Source of the DNA: a virus
Taxonomy: Duplodnaviria > Caudoviricetes
IMG/VR virus record: IMGVR_UViG_3300023055_000266
Span: 1-55,762 of that record
Length of the DNA stretch: 55,762 nt
Strand: one strand, 5' to 3'
Part shown: positions 17,328 to 28,200 of the stretch, piece by piece
Numbering within the stretch: position 1 is the stretch's first letter
Layout of the letters: each line of letters opens with the position of its first letter
Translations under genes and position numbers: made by a program
Notes under the pieces: model-generated
Told to the model about the DNA's origin: nothing
Database searches by the model: none
The model's input: only the letters and a program-made list of their open reading frames with translations

Positions 17328-17393
17328 AATGTTTAAAGACCTTAATAAGTATTTCAAAAGTTTGAGTTCTTATTATTGCTTTCAATCTTTGTG
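17328..17393 (+). promoter_or_regulatory. Putative late promoter (tail operon)
   Basis: AATGTTTAAAGACCTTAAT-N40-CTTTGTG. Confidence 0.6.
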
Positions 17394-17409
17394 ACTATAT
17401 CAAATAGTT

Positions 17410-17892
17410 ATGTCGGATATATCCAGTAAACAAATTTTTAGTGCATTTGCAGAAAAAGGTAAAGAGTTCACTTTTGAGATTAAGCCTAAGAATTTAATTG
17501 AAAAGTTACTGCAAAAAGCAAATTTTAGTCCAAAGGTCAAAACTTTAAATGTAAAACCTATAACACTAGGTGTAAGGGGTATTTGCTCGACTTATATTAA
17601 TCAAGTTTCATTTGACAAATATTCAAATAACACAGTATTTAAGGCAGGAACTTTATTAGCAGAACATGAAACAGAAAATATAATAATGTTCCTGGCATAT
17701 GTTCTATGGAATGAAGAGTCTATGCCTCCTAAATGGTTAGTTAAATGCATCAAACGTATGGATCAACAAGCAATTGATGAACTTATCTTGTTTGCATTTG
17801 AGTCTTTAGGTACTCAGGGTTTTCTGAATTCTATCATCTCAATGACAGGGGTGAGTCTGCAACCGGTGGAGATAATAGCCCCGGAAAATTAA
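17410..17892 (+). CDS. Tail assembly chaperone (gpG-like)
   Basis: Between tail tube and tape measure genes. Confidence 0.75.
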   Translation: MSDISSKQIFSAFAEKGKEFTFEIKPKNLIEKLLQKANFSPKVKTLNVKPITLGVRGICSTYINQVSFDKYSNNTVFKAGTLLAEHETENIIMFLAYVLWNEESMPPKWLVKCIKRMDQQAIDELILFAFESLGTQGFLNSIISMTGVSLQPVEIIAPEN

Positions 17893-18128
17893 AGTCAAAA
17901 AAAAGAAAGCCCGGCACATACAAAGTAAATCATTGGGAGATTGTCGGCAATGCAATGAAGTACTGGCAATTAAGCTACAAAGAGGTATTGTGGGGTATTT
18001 CATATCAAAATTTGATCATGCTGAATATGAGTATTCCAAAGTATGATAAGGATGGAAATAAAATAGAAGCACCAAGTATCGCAACTGGTAAAGACTTAAG
18101 CACTCGATTTAAGAAACGAAATAAATAG
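17880..18128 (+). CDS. Tail assembly chaperone extension (gpT-like), -1 frame
   Basis: Open -1 frame ...NHWEIVGNAMKYWQLSYKEVLWGISYQNLIMLNMSIPKYD...RNK* overlapping the gpG stop and ending 2 nt before the TMP start. Confidence 0.7.
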   Translation, partial: PGKLKSKKRKPGTYKVNHWEIVGNAMKYWQLSYKEVLWGISYQNLIMLNMSIPKYDKDGNKIEAPSIATGKDLSTRFKKRNK

Positions 18129-18130
18129 CT

Positions 18131-21100
18131 ATGGCTAAAGAGGCTACAGAATTAGAAGGCAAACCGTTAAAGTTTACTGCAATCTTTGAAAGCAAAGAAG
18201 CTGAAATGGGTATGGATGCTTTTCTAAAAAAGATCCAGGATGTAAATACGAAAGGAGTAGGTAACAATGCTAGTAAAGCCGTTAATAAGGCTTCGGGACA
18301 ATATCAGTCTATCTTGGACGGGGTTACTCAATCATTCAATGATTTTGTTAATTCAAATGACCGCTTTTACGGAGCAATTGCCCAATCTGAAATGGGTTTG
18401 CAAAAGGTTCGTAATGAACAAGGCATGCTTAATAAAGAGCTTAAAGATGGTATCGTAACTGAACAAGAATACATTAATAAGACTGCTCAGCTCAACCAAA
18501 TGCGCCAAAAGTTAAGTGAGGAACTTAAAGATAATAAGGCTCAACTACAGCAGTTTAATTCAGCTTCACAAAAAACACCAGCATATACAAGACAAGATAC
18601 TTTAAACGAGTTAGGCTCTGCACATGGAGCAAATACAGCGCCGTCTGGTAACCTTTCCGCTACTGATGCATTCGCTAAAGCAACTCAGGCGAGTCTTAAT
18701 AAGCTAAATTCAGAACTTGTTGAATTAGATAGCAAGTTAAAGGCTGGCACCATTACTAATGAGCAATACGCTAAAAGCACAGGAGAAATCAATAATAAGC
18801 TTAAAGAAGTTCAATTAAATCAGGAATACTTTAATACAAACGCTGGAAAGAATATTGTACCAACCGAGGAAATACAGAAGCAAAAGACTGCTTTAGATGC
18901 TGTTTCTGCGAAATATCGTGAAATGGTTGAGGATGCAAGCGGTGCATTTCAGTCTATCAGCCCCAAGGCTCAAGCATTAAATAATAATCTTGTTTCTTTA
19001 AGGCAAGAAAGTGCCAATCTCCAAGCAGCGCAAAAGGAATTAAGCACAGCTTTTCAAAGTGGGGATATTACCCAAAAACAATATCTTGAAAGTAGTCGTA
19101 ACCTTGGAATACAACAGAATGCGGTAAAATCCCGTATTGCTGAGACTAGACAGGAGTTAGCGAGAATTGATTCTGCAGAAAGAAAAAACATTGGTTCAAT
19201 CGCTGAGATGACAGCGAGATTGACTCAAATGAAAGTTGCTTATGATAAGCTTTCAGAGTCTCAAAGAAACAATATCAATGTCGGTGGAAAACTACGAGCG
19301 CAATATCAAGATTTAAGCAATCAAGTTGCTAAGCTTAACAAGGAGATGGCCGGAACCAAAAGTGAAGGTGTTGGTACTGCTTTAGGATCGATCAGGAGTA
19401 TAGCCGCCTCTTTAGGTATTGTATTTGGAGCTCAGCAACTAATTGCATTTGGAAAAGAGCTATTCAACATTGCTCAGCAGGCAGAAGGTATTCAAATCAG
19501 ATTTGCTCGTATAGGTGATACTACAGGACTTGAAAAACTTCGAGTAGCAACACTTAACACTGTTTCAGATCTTGAGCTTATGAAGCAGGCCATCAAAGCG
19601 GATAATTTTAGGATCCCGATGGATGTTTTGGCGAAAGGACTTGAATTTGCGACGCGTAGAGCTAACGAAACAGGGGAGAGTGTAGAATACTTGACTCAAT
19701 CTTTTGTAACTGGCTTAGGACGTAAATCAAAGCTTATTTTAGATAACCTAGGTATCTCCGTTACTGAATTAAACGAAGAAATAAGTCGTACAGGTGATTT
19801 TGCACAATCAGTCGGGAATATTATCGATCGAGAAATGGCAAAGTCCGGTGATGCAGTTGACACCTTAGCTGTTAAAACTGGGAAATTGTCAGCTGAATGG
19901 GAATTGTTAAAACTCAATGTATCGAAAGTATTTTCAGCAATTTTCAATCCTGGTCTGCCTGATTATTCAAATATTGAAAAGTTGACGCAAAGCTATAAGC
20001 AAGGGTTTGATTCTGTCAAACAATATGGGTTAACGACTTCTGATGCATTTATCAAAGACACTGAGTTTATGCTCAAGCAAGTTAATATGAAGCTTGGCGA
20101 ATTAAAAAAAGATAGTCCAGTATTTGCAGACATATATAATAAACAAAGAGGATTCGGAGGTAAATCGCCTACGCAATTATTGAACGATTTAAGAAGACCT
20201 TTAGTTGAACAACAACAGGCTTTACAGGCATCATTGGCGTATTCGCAGGGTATTACAAAAGAGCTTAAAATACAAGATCGTCAATCTAAAAACATCTTCT
20301 CTCAATCTGAGATAGAAGAAAAGTTAAATGAGGCAAATACATCTTATAAAAATGCCATTGGAGACAAGCAAAGAGCCGAAGCTAAAAAAGAGGTTGATAA
20401 ATGGCAAAAGCTTTTTGATAGTGTTTCGATCAAGGCTAATAAGACAAGCGATAATAAAGCAAAGCGTGATCAGGATTCCTTAGCAAAGGAGATCGCAAAA
20501 GATAATAAGGAACGTGAAAAATTACTTGAAAAGTGGGCAGAAACCGACGCTAAATACGTCAATAAACAACTAAGTCGCAATCAACAGGAGGTTGAAAGTG
20601 TTAAAAAGACTTACGCAGATATAAAAAAAGCTATAGAAGAGCATAATAAAACTACTAAAGGTGAAAAAACTTCATTAGTAGGATTTGATGAAAGCGTCAA
20701 TAAAGCCATTGATGGGGTGAAAGAACGTCAAGTATTAGATAAAAGGCTCGAAAACTATAAAATCGATTACGACAATTATGCAAAGTATGAAGAGCTTAAA
20801 AAAACAGTGAGTGAAAAGTACGCAGACGAACAGTACAAAGATAATTTAGATGCTACAAAAAATTATTACAAAAACCTCAATGCTGAAATAGAAAAGTATC
20901 AAGGCAAGGAGGCAGATGGTTCCATTACTGAGAATGAAAAACAATTCCTTAAAGAAAGATTGAAAGAAAGAAAATCATTTGATCAGAAGGTTAAAGAGGA
21001 TAATCAGTCTAAATTTTTGGATGCTATTCAATCATCCCAAACTTTGAATGATAAATTATTTCAGATCGAAAAGGAACATCAAGCAAAAATAAAATCACTT

Positions 21101-22633
21101 AGAGATAACAATGAGCTTACTCCTGAGCGCGAAAAAATTCTTAACAAAGAAAAGTCAGACAAAACAAGTCAAGTTACAGTTGATGAGTTAACTGGATCTG
21201 ATTCATGGATATCCTTATTTAATAATTTGGATGAAATGACGGCTAAACAAATTGATATCATCATCAAGGAGATTGAAGCAAAATTTGACACTCTAAAAGT
21301 ACAATTTAATCCAATTGATTTAGATGCCATTCGTAAAAAATTAACTGAGGCAAAGAGTATTCTTATTCGTGACAATCCATTTGCACAAGTGGGACAGTCG
21401 TTAAAAGCAATTTTTGCGGATGCTGGAGATAGTTCCGAAAAAAGTGCAAAGGATATAAAGAAAAATTGGACTGATCTGGGTAAATCGACAGAAGCGTCAT
21501 TCAATTTTATTGCTGATGCCATCAACTCAACTGATATTCTTAAAGATGCAATCGGTGAGGTTGGTAATACTGCTTTAATGTCAATGATGGCAATTGCTTC
21601 AACTGCTATTGCTGTTTCAACTGCTATTAAAACGGCTGAAAAAGCATCTGTTATACTTGCAATTATTTCAGCCGCACTTGTTGTAGTTCAGGCTATTTCC
21701 GGTTTATTCAAATCAATATTTGCAGCCGGTGACAAACGTCTTGAAAAATCTATTCAGAGTAAAAAGGACGCTGTAGAGGAATTGGATAGGGCTTTTGAAA
21801 AACTTGGTAGAAGTATCAATAAAAGCGTTGGGAATTCTTATTACACCGATAGCCAAAAGCAAATTGACAATCTTAAAGAGCAATCTAAGATTGTTGAACA
21901 GATGATCCAAGACGAGGATGCAAAGAAAAAGACTGACAAGGGTAAAATGCAGGATTATCGAAATCAATTGGAAGATATCCAATTTAAGATTGAAGATATT
22001 CAACAAGGCATTATTGATACGCTAGTTCAGACATCATTTAAAGATTTTGCCAGTGAATTAGGTGATGCATTAGTCTCTGCATTCGAGGAGGGAGAAAATG
22101 CAATAGATTCTCTAAACAAAACCTTTGATCAATTCATAAAGGATGCTGTAATAAATGGGCTTAAAATGTCCATCCTACAAAAACCAATTGATGAAATGAT
22201 TAAGTCAGTGTCGGAATACATGAAAGGCAATGATTTCTCGCTAAATGGTTATGATTTTTCTCAATGGAGGACAAAACTAGGTGAGGCTGGGAAGGATTTT
22301 ACAGAGGCTTTAGATGAAGCTTACAAAGGTCTTGGACTGGAAAAAGATTCGTTTTCAAAAAATACTATATCGGGAACAATTAAGCAAAATATATCAGAGG
22401 CTCAAGCTAATGTTTTAGAAGGTTTAGGTAGAAATTCTGTAGACATTTCAAAAAGAACTTTGCTGGAAATTCAATCGCAAAGAGTGATTCTTAATGAGCA
22501 AGCGGATACTGCAAATAAAGGGCTAATTGAATTAAATCAGATCAATGTTAATACCGCAAATACAGTTCTGGAGCTTAAGAATGCTGTATCTGAGCTTCAA
22601 AAGGTAAATAAAAGTCTAGGAGGAAAATACTAA
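18131..22633 (+). CDS. Tail tape measure protein
   Basis: 1500 aa, coiled-coil rich with hydrophobic patches; synteny. Confidence 0.9.
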   Translation: MAKEATELEGKPLKFTAIFESKEAEMGMDAFLKKIQDVNTKGVGNNASKAVNKASGQYQSILDGVTQSFNDFVNSNDRFYGAIAQSEMGLQKVRNEQGMLNKELKDGIVTEQEYINKTAQLNQMRQKLSEELKDNKAQLQQFNSASQKTPAYTRQDTLNELGSAHGANTAPSGNLSATDAFAKATQASLNKLNSELVELDSKLKAGTITNEQYAKSTGEINNKLKEVQLNQEYFNTNAGKNIVPTEEIQKQKTALDAVSAKYREMVEDASGAFQSISPKAQALNNNLVSLRQESANLQAAQKELSTAFQSGDITQKQYLESSRNLGIQQNAVKSRIAETRQELARIDSAERKNIGSIAEMTARLTQMKVAYDKLSESQRNNINVGGKLRAQYQDLSNQVAKLNKEMAGTKSEGVGTALGSIRSIAASLGIVFGAQQLIAFGKELFNIAQQAEGIQIRFARIGDTTGLEKLRVATLNTVSDLELMKQAIKADNFRIPMDVLAKGLEFATRRANETGESVEYLTQSFVTGLGRKSKLILDNLGISVTELNEEISRTGDFAQSVGNIIDREMAKSGDAVDTLAVKTGKLSAEWELLKLNVSKVFSAIFNPGLPDYSNIEKLTQSYKQGFDSVKQYGLTTSDAFIKDTEFMLKQVNMKLGELKKDSPVFADIYNKQRGFGGKSPTQLLNDLRRPLVEQQQALQASLAYSQGITKELKIQDRQSKNIFSQSEIEEKLNEANTSYKNAIGDKQRAEAKKEVDKWQKLFDSVSIKANKTSDNKAKRDQDSLAKEIAKDNKEREKLLEKWAETDAKYVNKQLSRNQQEVESVKKTYADIKKAIEEHNKTTKGEKTSLVGFDESVNKAIDGVKERQVLDKRLENYKIDYDNYAKYEELKKTVSEKYADEQYKDNLDATKNYYKNLNAEIEKYQGKEADGSITENEKQFLKERLKERKSFDQKVKEDNQSKFLDAIQSSQTLNDKLFQIEKEHQAKIKSLRDNNELTPEREKILNKEKSDKTSQVTVDELTGSDSWISLFNNLDEMTAKQIDIIIKEIEAKFDTLKVQFNPIDLDAIRKKLTEAKSILIRDNPFAQVGQSLKAIFADAGDSSEKSAKDIKKNWTDLGKSTEASFNFIADAINSTDILKDAIGEVGNTALMSMMAIASTAIAVSTAIKTAEKASVILAIISAALVVVQAISGLFKSIFAAGDKRLEKSIQSKKDAVEELDRAFEKLGRSINKSVGNSYYTDSQKQIDNLKEQSKIVEQMIQDEDAKKKTDKGKMQDYRNQLEDIQFKIEDIQQGIIDTLVQTSFKDFASELGDALVSAFEEGENAIDSLNKTFDQFIKDAVINGLKMSILQKPIDEMIKSVSEYMKGNDFSLNGYDFSQWRTKLGEAGKDFTEALDEAYKGLGLEKDSFSKNTISGTIKQNISEAQANVLEGLGRNSVDISKRTLLEIQSQRVILNEQADTANKGLIELNQINVNTANTVLELKNAVSELQKVNKSLGGKY

Positions 22634-23061
22634 TGAAAGAAATATATGAATTAGCTAAAAAAGCAGGTGCTTGTTCTCCTGGTCTCCGAGATATACAAAA
22701 GGCAAAAAATGTACACGACCTAATAAAGTTGTTGAAAACGGGAAAGGGCGTCGAGTTCATTATGGAGAGTAATTTCTTAACGGAATCGGTATATAATCAA
22801 TATCGATCTGAACTTGAAAAAGAGAACATCTTTTTGCACGGTCAACATTCACTTGTAAATCCTCGCTTAGTAGTTATGCTAGGCGGTGAGGCGAGTATCG
22901 AGGTTAACGGTTTTCAGGTTTGTGAAATATATGCTAAGAATTTAGCTGTCGTCAATATCGTTGCTCATGATAATGCCTATGTCAGTATAGAGCTTCGTCA
23001 AGATGTGAAATTAAATATTGAGAGTTACGAACAGTCAAGAGTGAAGGAGTATCGCAAATGA
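22633..23061 (+). CDS. Hypothetical tail-region protein
   Basis: Translationally coupled to TMP; AKKAGAC motif. Confidence 0.65.
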   Translation: MKEIYELAKKAGACSPGLRDIQKAKNVHDLIKLLKTGKGVEFIMESNFLTESVYNQYRSELEKENIFLHGQHSLVNPRLVVMLGGEASIEVNGFQVCEIYAKNLAVVNIVAHDNAYVSIELRQDVKLNIESYEQSRVKEYRK

Positions 23062-23573
23062 GCTTTGATGTAAATAACGCAAATACCGAAAGCTTGGGGC
23101 TATACTTTAAGAAGGGCACTTTGTTCAGGGAACTTTTAAAGTTCCCAAAACCAAAGCCTCCATATACTTATAACTGGCCAAATCAACACGGTGAAGAACG
23201 AGATACTATTTCGTCAGTAAAATATGAGCCTGTCAAATATGCCCTAGTTTGCTATTTGATTGCAGATGATGTAGAAGACCTGATGGCAAAGCGTTCTGCA
23301 ATTTTGGAATTGATCTCTAATCCAAAAGGATTTTTATTGAATTCAACTACTTTGGGGCGTAGCTACAAGCTTTATTATGAGGATAGTCCGACTTTCAATG
23401 TGCTCAATCCTATGTTGCTTGCGTCTGGAAAGATCTATTGTGAATTCACCTTGAATGTGATTAACAATTTTGATGAGGTAGGGCTTATAGTGCCACTTCA
23501 AGATATCAACTCCTATGTGTTGACTGAGTTGGGCCAGCAAATATATGTAACGATAAATAAACAATTGTTTTAA
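23058..23573 (+). CDS. Distal tail-like protein
   Basis: LLKFPKPK..NWPNQHGEE motif; synteny. Confidence 0.65.
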   Translation: MSFDVNNANTESLGLYFKKGTLFRELLKFPKPKPPYTYNWPNQHGEERDTISSVKYEPVKYALVCYLIADDVEDLMAKRSAILELISNPKGFLLNSTTLGRSYKLYYEDSPTFNVLNPMLLASGKIYCEFTLNVINNFDEVGLIVPLQDINSYVLTELGQQIYVTINKQLF

Positions 23574-26299
23574 TGAAGATCCAGGTTAAAAGAAAAGCAA
23601 TTGATACGGTTATGTTGCCGTTAAATCAATCCACATTCAACAAAAAATTGATGGGTGAGCATAATCTTGCGTTCTCATTTGTGAATGTTACGAAACTTGA
23701 TCTACGAATAGGGGATACCATTACATACAAAGGAGAGCTTCTTACTATTAATCAAGAACCGAACTTAAAACGTGATCATCTATATCAATATGATGTAATA
23801 TTTGAAGGACATAGACACACCCTGTCTCGCTTTATCTTTAAGGACGAAGGAGCATTTACATTTAGCTACACAGGTCAACCTGATGATTTCATGTTTATGT
23901 TTCTTGAGTGTATTAACTCGGTTGATTCTGGTTGGACATTAGGTGAGATTGAAGAATTAGAAGATGTAACGATTGATTTTGATAAGGTTGATTGCTTATC
24001 AGCTTTGACCATGATCGCAGAGGCTTTCAAAGCTGAGTGGGATATTAAAGGTAAAGTGATTTCACTTAAAAAGACAGTCGGAGTAGCGAAAGACTTTCCT
24101 GTCTCATATGGAATGGGTAAAGGGCTTTATTCTTTAACACGCCAATCTATCAATGATAAAGTGATAGTTACTCGTGCTTATGCTGTTGGAGGTGATAAGA
24201 ATCTACCTGAGGGCGTGATTGGAAATTTAAAGCTAAATGATTACATAGAAAACAATGTTGATCTGTACGGAATTAGGGAGGGCATTTTTGAAGATGAAGA
24301 AATCTATCCGAAAAGAACTGGTACCGCTACTGCAGTTTCACAGAGTAGTGAAGAAATTTTCACTTTGACTGATACATCGATAGATTTTAATCTTAATGGA
24401 CTAAAGGTAGAAGGAGAGACTCCGAAAATCGTTTTCAAATCAGGATCGTTAAACGGAAATGATTTTGAAATCATTAGCTATAGTCATGCTTCTAAAACTA
24501 TTCGCTACAAGGCGAATAAAGATAGTAACGGTAATCTATTTCCTTTCGGTGTAACTGTCGCTGAAATAGGAGATAAATACACATTGGTTGGCATCAGAAT
24601 GCCTCAGTCGTATGTTGATGCTGCCTATGCAGAATTAACAGCAGGACGACTTAAATTTCTATCTGGTAACTCAGCGCCGAGAGTGGTTTATGATTTGGAG
24701 TTAGATCTTCTTGAATTAAAGCGCCGCGAGACATTGCCAGATGCAGGTGATATCATACCAGTAACTGACTCAGAACTTGGAGTAAATGAAAACATACGCG
24801 TAACAAGTGTTTCTTACCCGGGTCATTATCCGGATGTACTAGAAAATGGAATGACGTTCACTGCGGAGGTAGGCAATGAAGTTGCTTACACACTTATTCG
24901 AAAGATTCAGAATGATGTTAAGGAGCAAAAAGAAGTCGTTACGCAATATTCAAAGCAAAGTTGGGAAAACGATCGTCGCAATGCCCAAGCATTAAATGAG
25001 TTCATCGGTAAAGTGTTGGATCCTGATGGAAATTTGGCAGAACCATTACAACAGGCTATTGTAGGAATGTTCGGTACCCCTTCTATGTATTATGATTTAG
25101 ATGGGATATCTATGTCGGTCAACAATGGAGGCGATCCAAATACCTTTGCGATGACGGCAGGTAAATTAATACATCGCGTTTTCAAAATTGATGGACTTCT
25201 TAATGGTTATATCTGGAATCTTGATCCATTTGCTATTACTGGTCTTAATCCTTTGAAAAGCTATTATCTAGCTGCTAAATGTAGCAAAACCTCATTAACA
25301 GGTGAATGGGTATTGACAGAGAATCAAATCCCGACTGAGGGCGATGTGGCTTACTGGTATTTTAATTTTGGGCTTCTTTCGTCAGTGCTCGAAGGAGTAA
25401 GATCATTTCGAGCAACTAAAGGCTTTACAGTAATATCTGGTGGACAAATTGAAACAGATGTTATTACAGCTTTTATGATCAATGTGCAGAGATTATTTGC
25501 TCAGGTTATTACTGTGGGATCAGATGGTTTCGTAAATGCAGGAATATCAGGACTGTCTGATAAAGGTAATCTATCACAACGCTTTTGGGCAGGAGCAACG
25601 GAAGAAAATAGAGAATACGCCCCATTCAGTGTATTAAATGATGGTAGCATGAAAGCATTAAAAGGTCGTGTTGGCAACTTTAATATAGATTCAAATTCTC
25701 TAAATATCGGAAGTGAGGATACCTGGGCAGCTTTTATGCAATCCGTCTTTCTTTATGGAGATTATTTTCTTTTGAGAGATAATGGCGCAGTAGCAGGAGA
25801 AAGAAGGGAATTATCCTGGAACCTATACAAAGATGGCGTTTCGTTTACCAATAGAGCTTCTGCCGTCTCCATTTTTAATACAATGGATAAATCATCAGAA
25901 AGTAGTTACACGAACATTGGATTAGAAATTGAAGCTTCAGGAGCATCTCATAATTATGCACTTTACGTAAATAAGGGAGCAATAAGAACCAGGGCAATAA
26001 TTCACGATTTCCAAGAAATAACAGGAACGAACCAAACTATTGATGCTGAATACTCGCGTGTGCTCATAAACTCAGGTGTAATTGCAGGTGATCTAAGTTT
26101 ACCCTTTTACGCAAAGAAAGGATATGAAGTTACGATTAAGAACATAAGCGAAAATGACTTCTTTTTAAAATCAAACAATGGTAGCATCATTCAGGCAGAT
26201 GGATCTGCCACAACAACCAATACTTTCAAAAGATGGGCTGTAAAGACTTTCTTTTTTAACGGACAGTATTGGTTCGAAACATTTAATAATTCACAATAA
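23573..26299 (+). CDS. Tail tip/baseplate hub protein
   Basis: 908 aa; LMGEH, YGMGKGLY, TRAYAVGG.KNLP, EEIYPKRTG motifs. Confidence 0.8.
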   Translation: MKIQVKRKAIDTVMLPLNQSTFNKKLMGEHNLAFSFVNVTKLDLRIGDTITYKGELLTINQEPNLKRDHLYQYDVIFEGHRHTLSRFIFKDEGAFTFSYTGQPDDFMFMFLECINSVDSGWTLGEIEELEDVTIDFDKVDCLSALTMIAEAFKAEWDIKGKVISLKKTVGVAKDFPVSYGMGKGLYSLTRQSINDKVIVTRAYAVGGDKNLPEGVIGNLKLNDYIENNVDLYGIREGIFEDEEIYPKRTGTATAVSQSSEEIFTLTDTSIDFNLNGLKVEGETPKIVFKSGSLNGNDFEIISYSHASKTIRYKANKDSNGNLFPFGVTVAEIGDKYTLVGIRMPQSYVDAAYAELTAGRLKFLSGNSAPRVVYDLELDLLELKRRETLPDAGDIIPVTDSELGVNENIRVTSVSYPGHYPDVLENGMTFTAEVGNEVAYTLIRKIQNDVKEQKEVVTQYSKQSWENDRRNAQALNEFIGKVLDPDGNLAEPLQQAIVGMFGTPSMYYDLDGISMSVNNGGDPNTFAMTAGKLIHRVFKIDGLLNGYIWNLDPFAITGLNPLKSYYLAAKCSKTSLTGEWVLTENQIPTEGDVAYWYFNFGLLSSVLEGVRSFRATKGFTVISGGQIETDVITAFMINVQRLFAQVITVGSDGFVNAGISGLSDKGNLSQRFWAGATEENREYAPFSVLNDGSMKALKGRVGNFNIDSNSLNIGSEDTWAAFMQSVFLYGDYFLLRDNGAVAGERRELSWNLYKDGVSFTNRASAVSIFNTMDKSSESSYTNIGLEIEASGASHNYALYVNKGAIRTRAIIHDFQEITGTNQTIDAEYSRVLINSGVIAGDLSLPFYAKKGYEVTIKNISENDFFLKSNNGSIIQADGSATTTNTFKRWAVKTFFFNGQYWFETFNNSQ

Positions 26300-26311
26300 G
26301 TACATACTAAA

Positions 26312-28192
26312 ATGGCAGAAGTAGAAGATAAAAAAGAAATATGGCCAGGCGGATTTCCTGAGGCAAAATCTGTCGAAGACTTTGATTTTTTAATGACTGG
26401 AAAGAACGGAGGACCTATCACCAAAATACCAAAGTCAAGATTAAGTGAGGTAATAGGAGTCGTTGGCGAATCTATGCCAGCAATTCAAGGTGGAGCAACC
26501 GCTGCAACCGCTGTCGCACTACCTGCAGGGCCAACTGGACACAACAGGTTTTTTGATGCTAGTTGGGGTTATTGGAAATATAATAATGTAGTATTGAAGA
26601 ATCCTAAAGGTACTGATGGAATACCTGAAGGAAATGATGGAACTTTATATTGGAATGGAACTTCAATAACTCCTACTTGGAGTATATCGAAGGTTCAGGC
26701 TTTGCCTATCGTAGATACTTCAACGTTAGTGGCAAACAATGATCTTGGTTATAATCAGGTACCTATAGATTTTTTAGTTAATAGAAAAGTTGATGTAGCA
26801 TTATCAAGTGCTGGGATAGAAATTGATCCTGCGCCAGGGTATATAATTGCATCGAAAATCCCTGTTAAAGAAAAATCACATTATAAATTAAGCAACTTGG
26901 CTCCAGTGACCAGTGCTAAATATATTGTGCAATATAAATCTAATGGTTCTATTATTTCTGTGGCATCTATAATCAGTGGGGAAATGGATGTATTAACCGC
27001 AGCTTTGTGTGCTGCTTTATCTTTTACAGTTAAGGCTCCTTCCGAATCTGTAGAAACCACCCCTGTATTGAAGCATGTTGATGAGGATAAAATATCTAAA
27101 ATAAAAGATGCAGAAATAATTGATGTAAAAGCTACAAATACATTAGAGAAATTACCAGTTTCAAAAATTTATACTTTAGGATATATATTACCAGCTACTG
27201 CCCTAGATTCAACAGGTGCAAATAAACCTGGAGAAGGTTACGCCATAATTAATAAAGTTCCATTAAAAGGTGATGTAAGTTATATTATTGGTGGCGTTAG
27301 AGCATCTTTAAATGGAAGTAAGTATTTCTCTCAGTATAATGCACTTGGAGCACATATTTCAACTATAGAATTGAAGGAGGTGCCAATGTTAATCAAGATG
27401 AATGTTAATACAAGATTTGGATCCTATTCTATTGAAACACCACCTGAGAAGGACGGTTATGGAACTAAAAATAATTACATCGGTGAAATTTCTCTTTTCA
27501 TAAGCGATATTAAAAAATCAAAATGGGACGCGAAATTAATTCGAACATTTGGAGACTCTAGAACTTGGTATGACCGTAGAACTTTTGGAGCAACTCATGT
27601 TCAGAGCGGACAAATAGTAATAGGTTATCAATCTCATATGCGAAATATATTGGGATGTATAATTGATAACAGAGGAGAAAGCGGTTACGATATGACTCAA
27701 ATCAGCAGCGTTATCAGAGGTATTTCTGATTACTCTACGGTTTCTGCTTGTACTATTACGTCGGGAGCTAATGATTCCCGTAAAGGCACAGCATTAGGTG
27801 CAATAGCAGCAATTGGCACATCTTTTAATTTGAATACATTTTACGGAGCTCTCCAGGCTGGCATAGAGCATATTTTGAATGTCAATTCAAGCTGTAAAAT
27901 TTATCTTTTCACCCCCATTAATGGGTGGTTCAAAGAATCTGGGACAACCGCCGTTCCGGGGCCGTACAAAGGCGTGATGTATATCCATCCTGATTTTGTA
28001 AATGCCATTAAAGATGTAGGCCAATTATATGGTTTACCTGTATTAGATCTATATAATAATTCTCAGATTAATAAATTAAACAAAGGATTATATATAGGAG
28101 ACAATCCAGACCAGCCATATGATCTACATGAGAAGAATGAAGGTTATGCTATTGAAGGTCCGATAATAGGAGATTTTTTGAACAGATATTAA
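26312..28192 (+). CDS. Tail fibre/receptor-binding protein with C-terminal SGNH/GDSL hydrolase
   Basis: FGDSRT (block I), GESG, GANDS (block III), DLH (block V). Confidence 0.8.
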   Translation: MAEVEDKKEIWPGGFPEAKSVEDFDFLMTGKNGGPITKIPKSRLSEVIGVVGESMPAIQGGATAATAVALPAGPTGHNRFFDASWGYWKYNNVVLKNPKGTDGIPEGNDGTLYWNGTSITPTWSISKVQALPIVDTSTLVANNDLGYNQVPIDFLVNRKVDVALSSAGIEIDPAPGYIIASKIPVKEKSHYKLSNLAPVTSAKYIVQYKSNGSIISVASIISGEMDVLTAALCAALSFTVKAPSESVETTPVLKHVDEDKISKIKDAEIIDVKATNTLEKLPVSKIYTLGYILPATALDSTGANKPGEGYAIINKVPLKGDVSYIIGGVRASLNGSKYFSQYNALGAHISTIELKEVPMLIKMNVNTRFGSYSIETPPEKDGYGTKNNYIGEISLFISDIKKSKWDAKLIRTFGDSRTWYDRRTFGATHVQSGQIVIGYQSHMRNILGCIIDNRGESGYDMTQISSVIRGISDYSTVSACTITSGANDSRKGTALGAIAAIGTSFNLNTFYGALQAGIEHILNVNSSCKIYLFTPINGWFKESGTTAVPGPYKGVMYIHPDFVNAIKDVGQLYGLPVLDLYNNSQINKLNKGLYIGDNPDQPYDLHEKNEGYAIEGPIIGDFLNRY

Positions 28193-28200
28193 TTTATTAT

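Noticed and set aside
23573-28192. Diversity-generating retroelement targeting tail genes
   Set aside because: No reverse transcriptase ORF, and no template/variable repeat pair noticed
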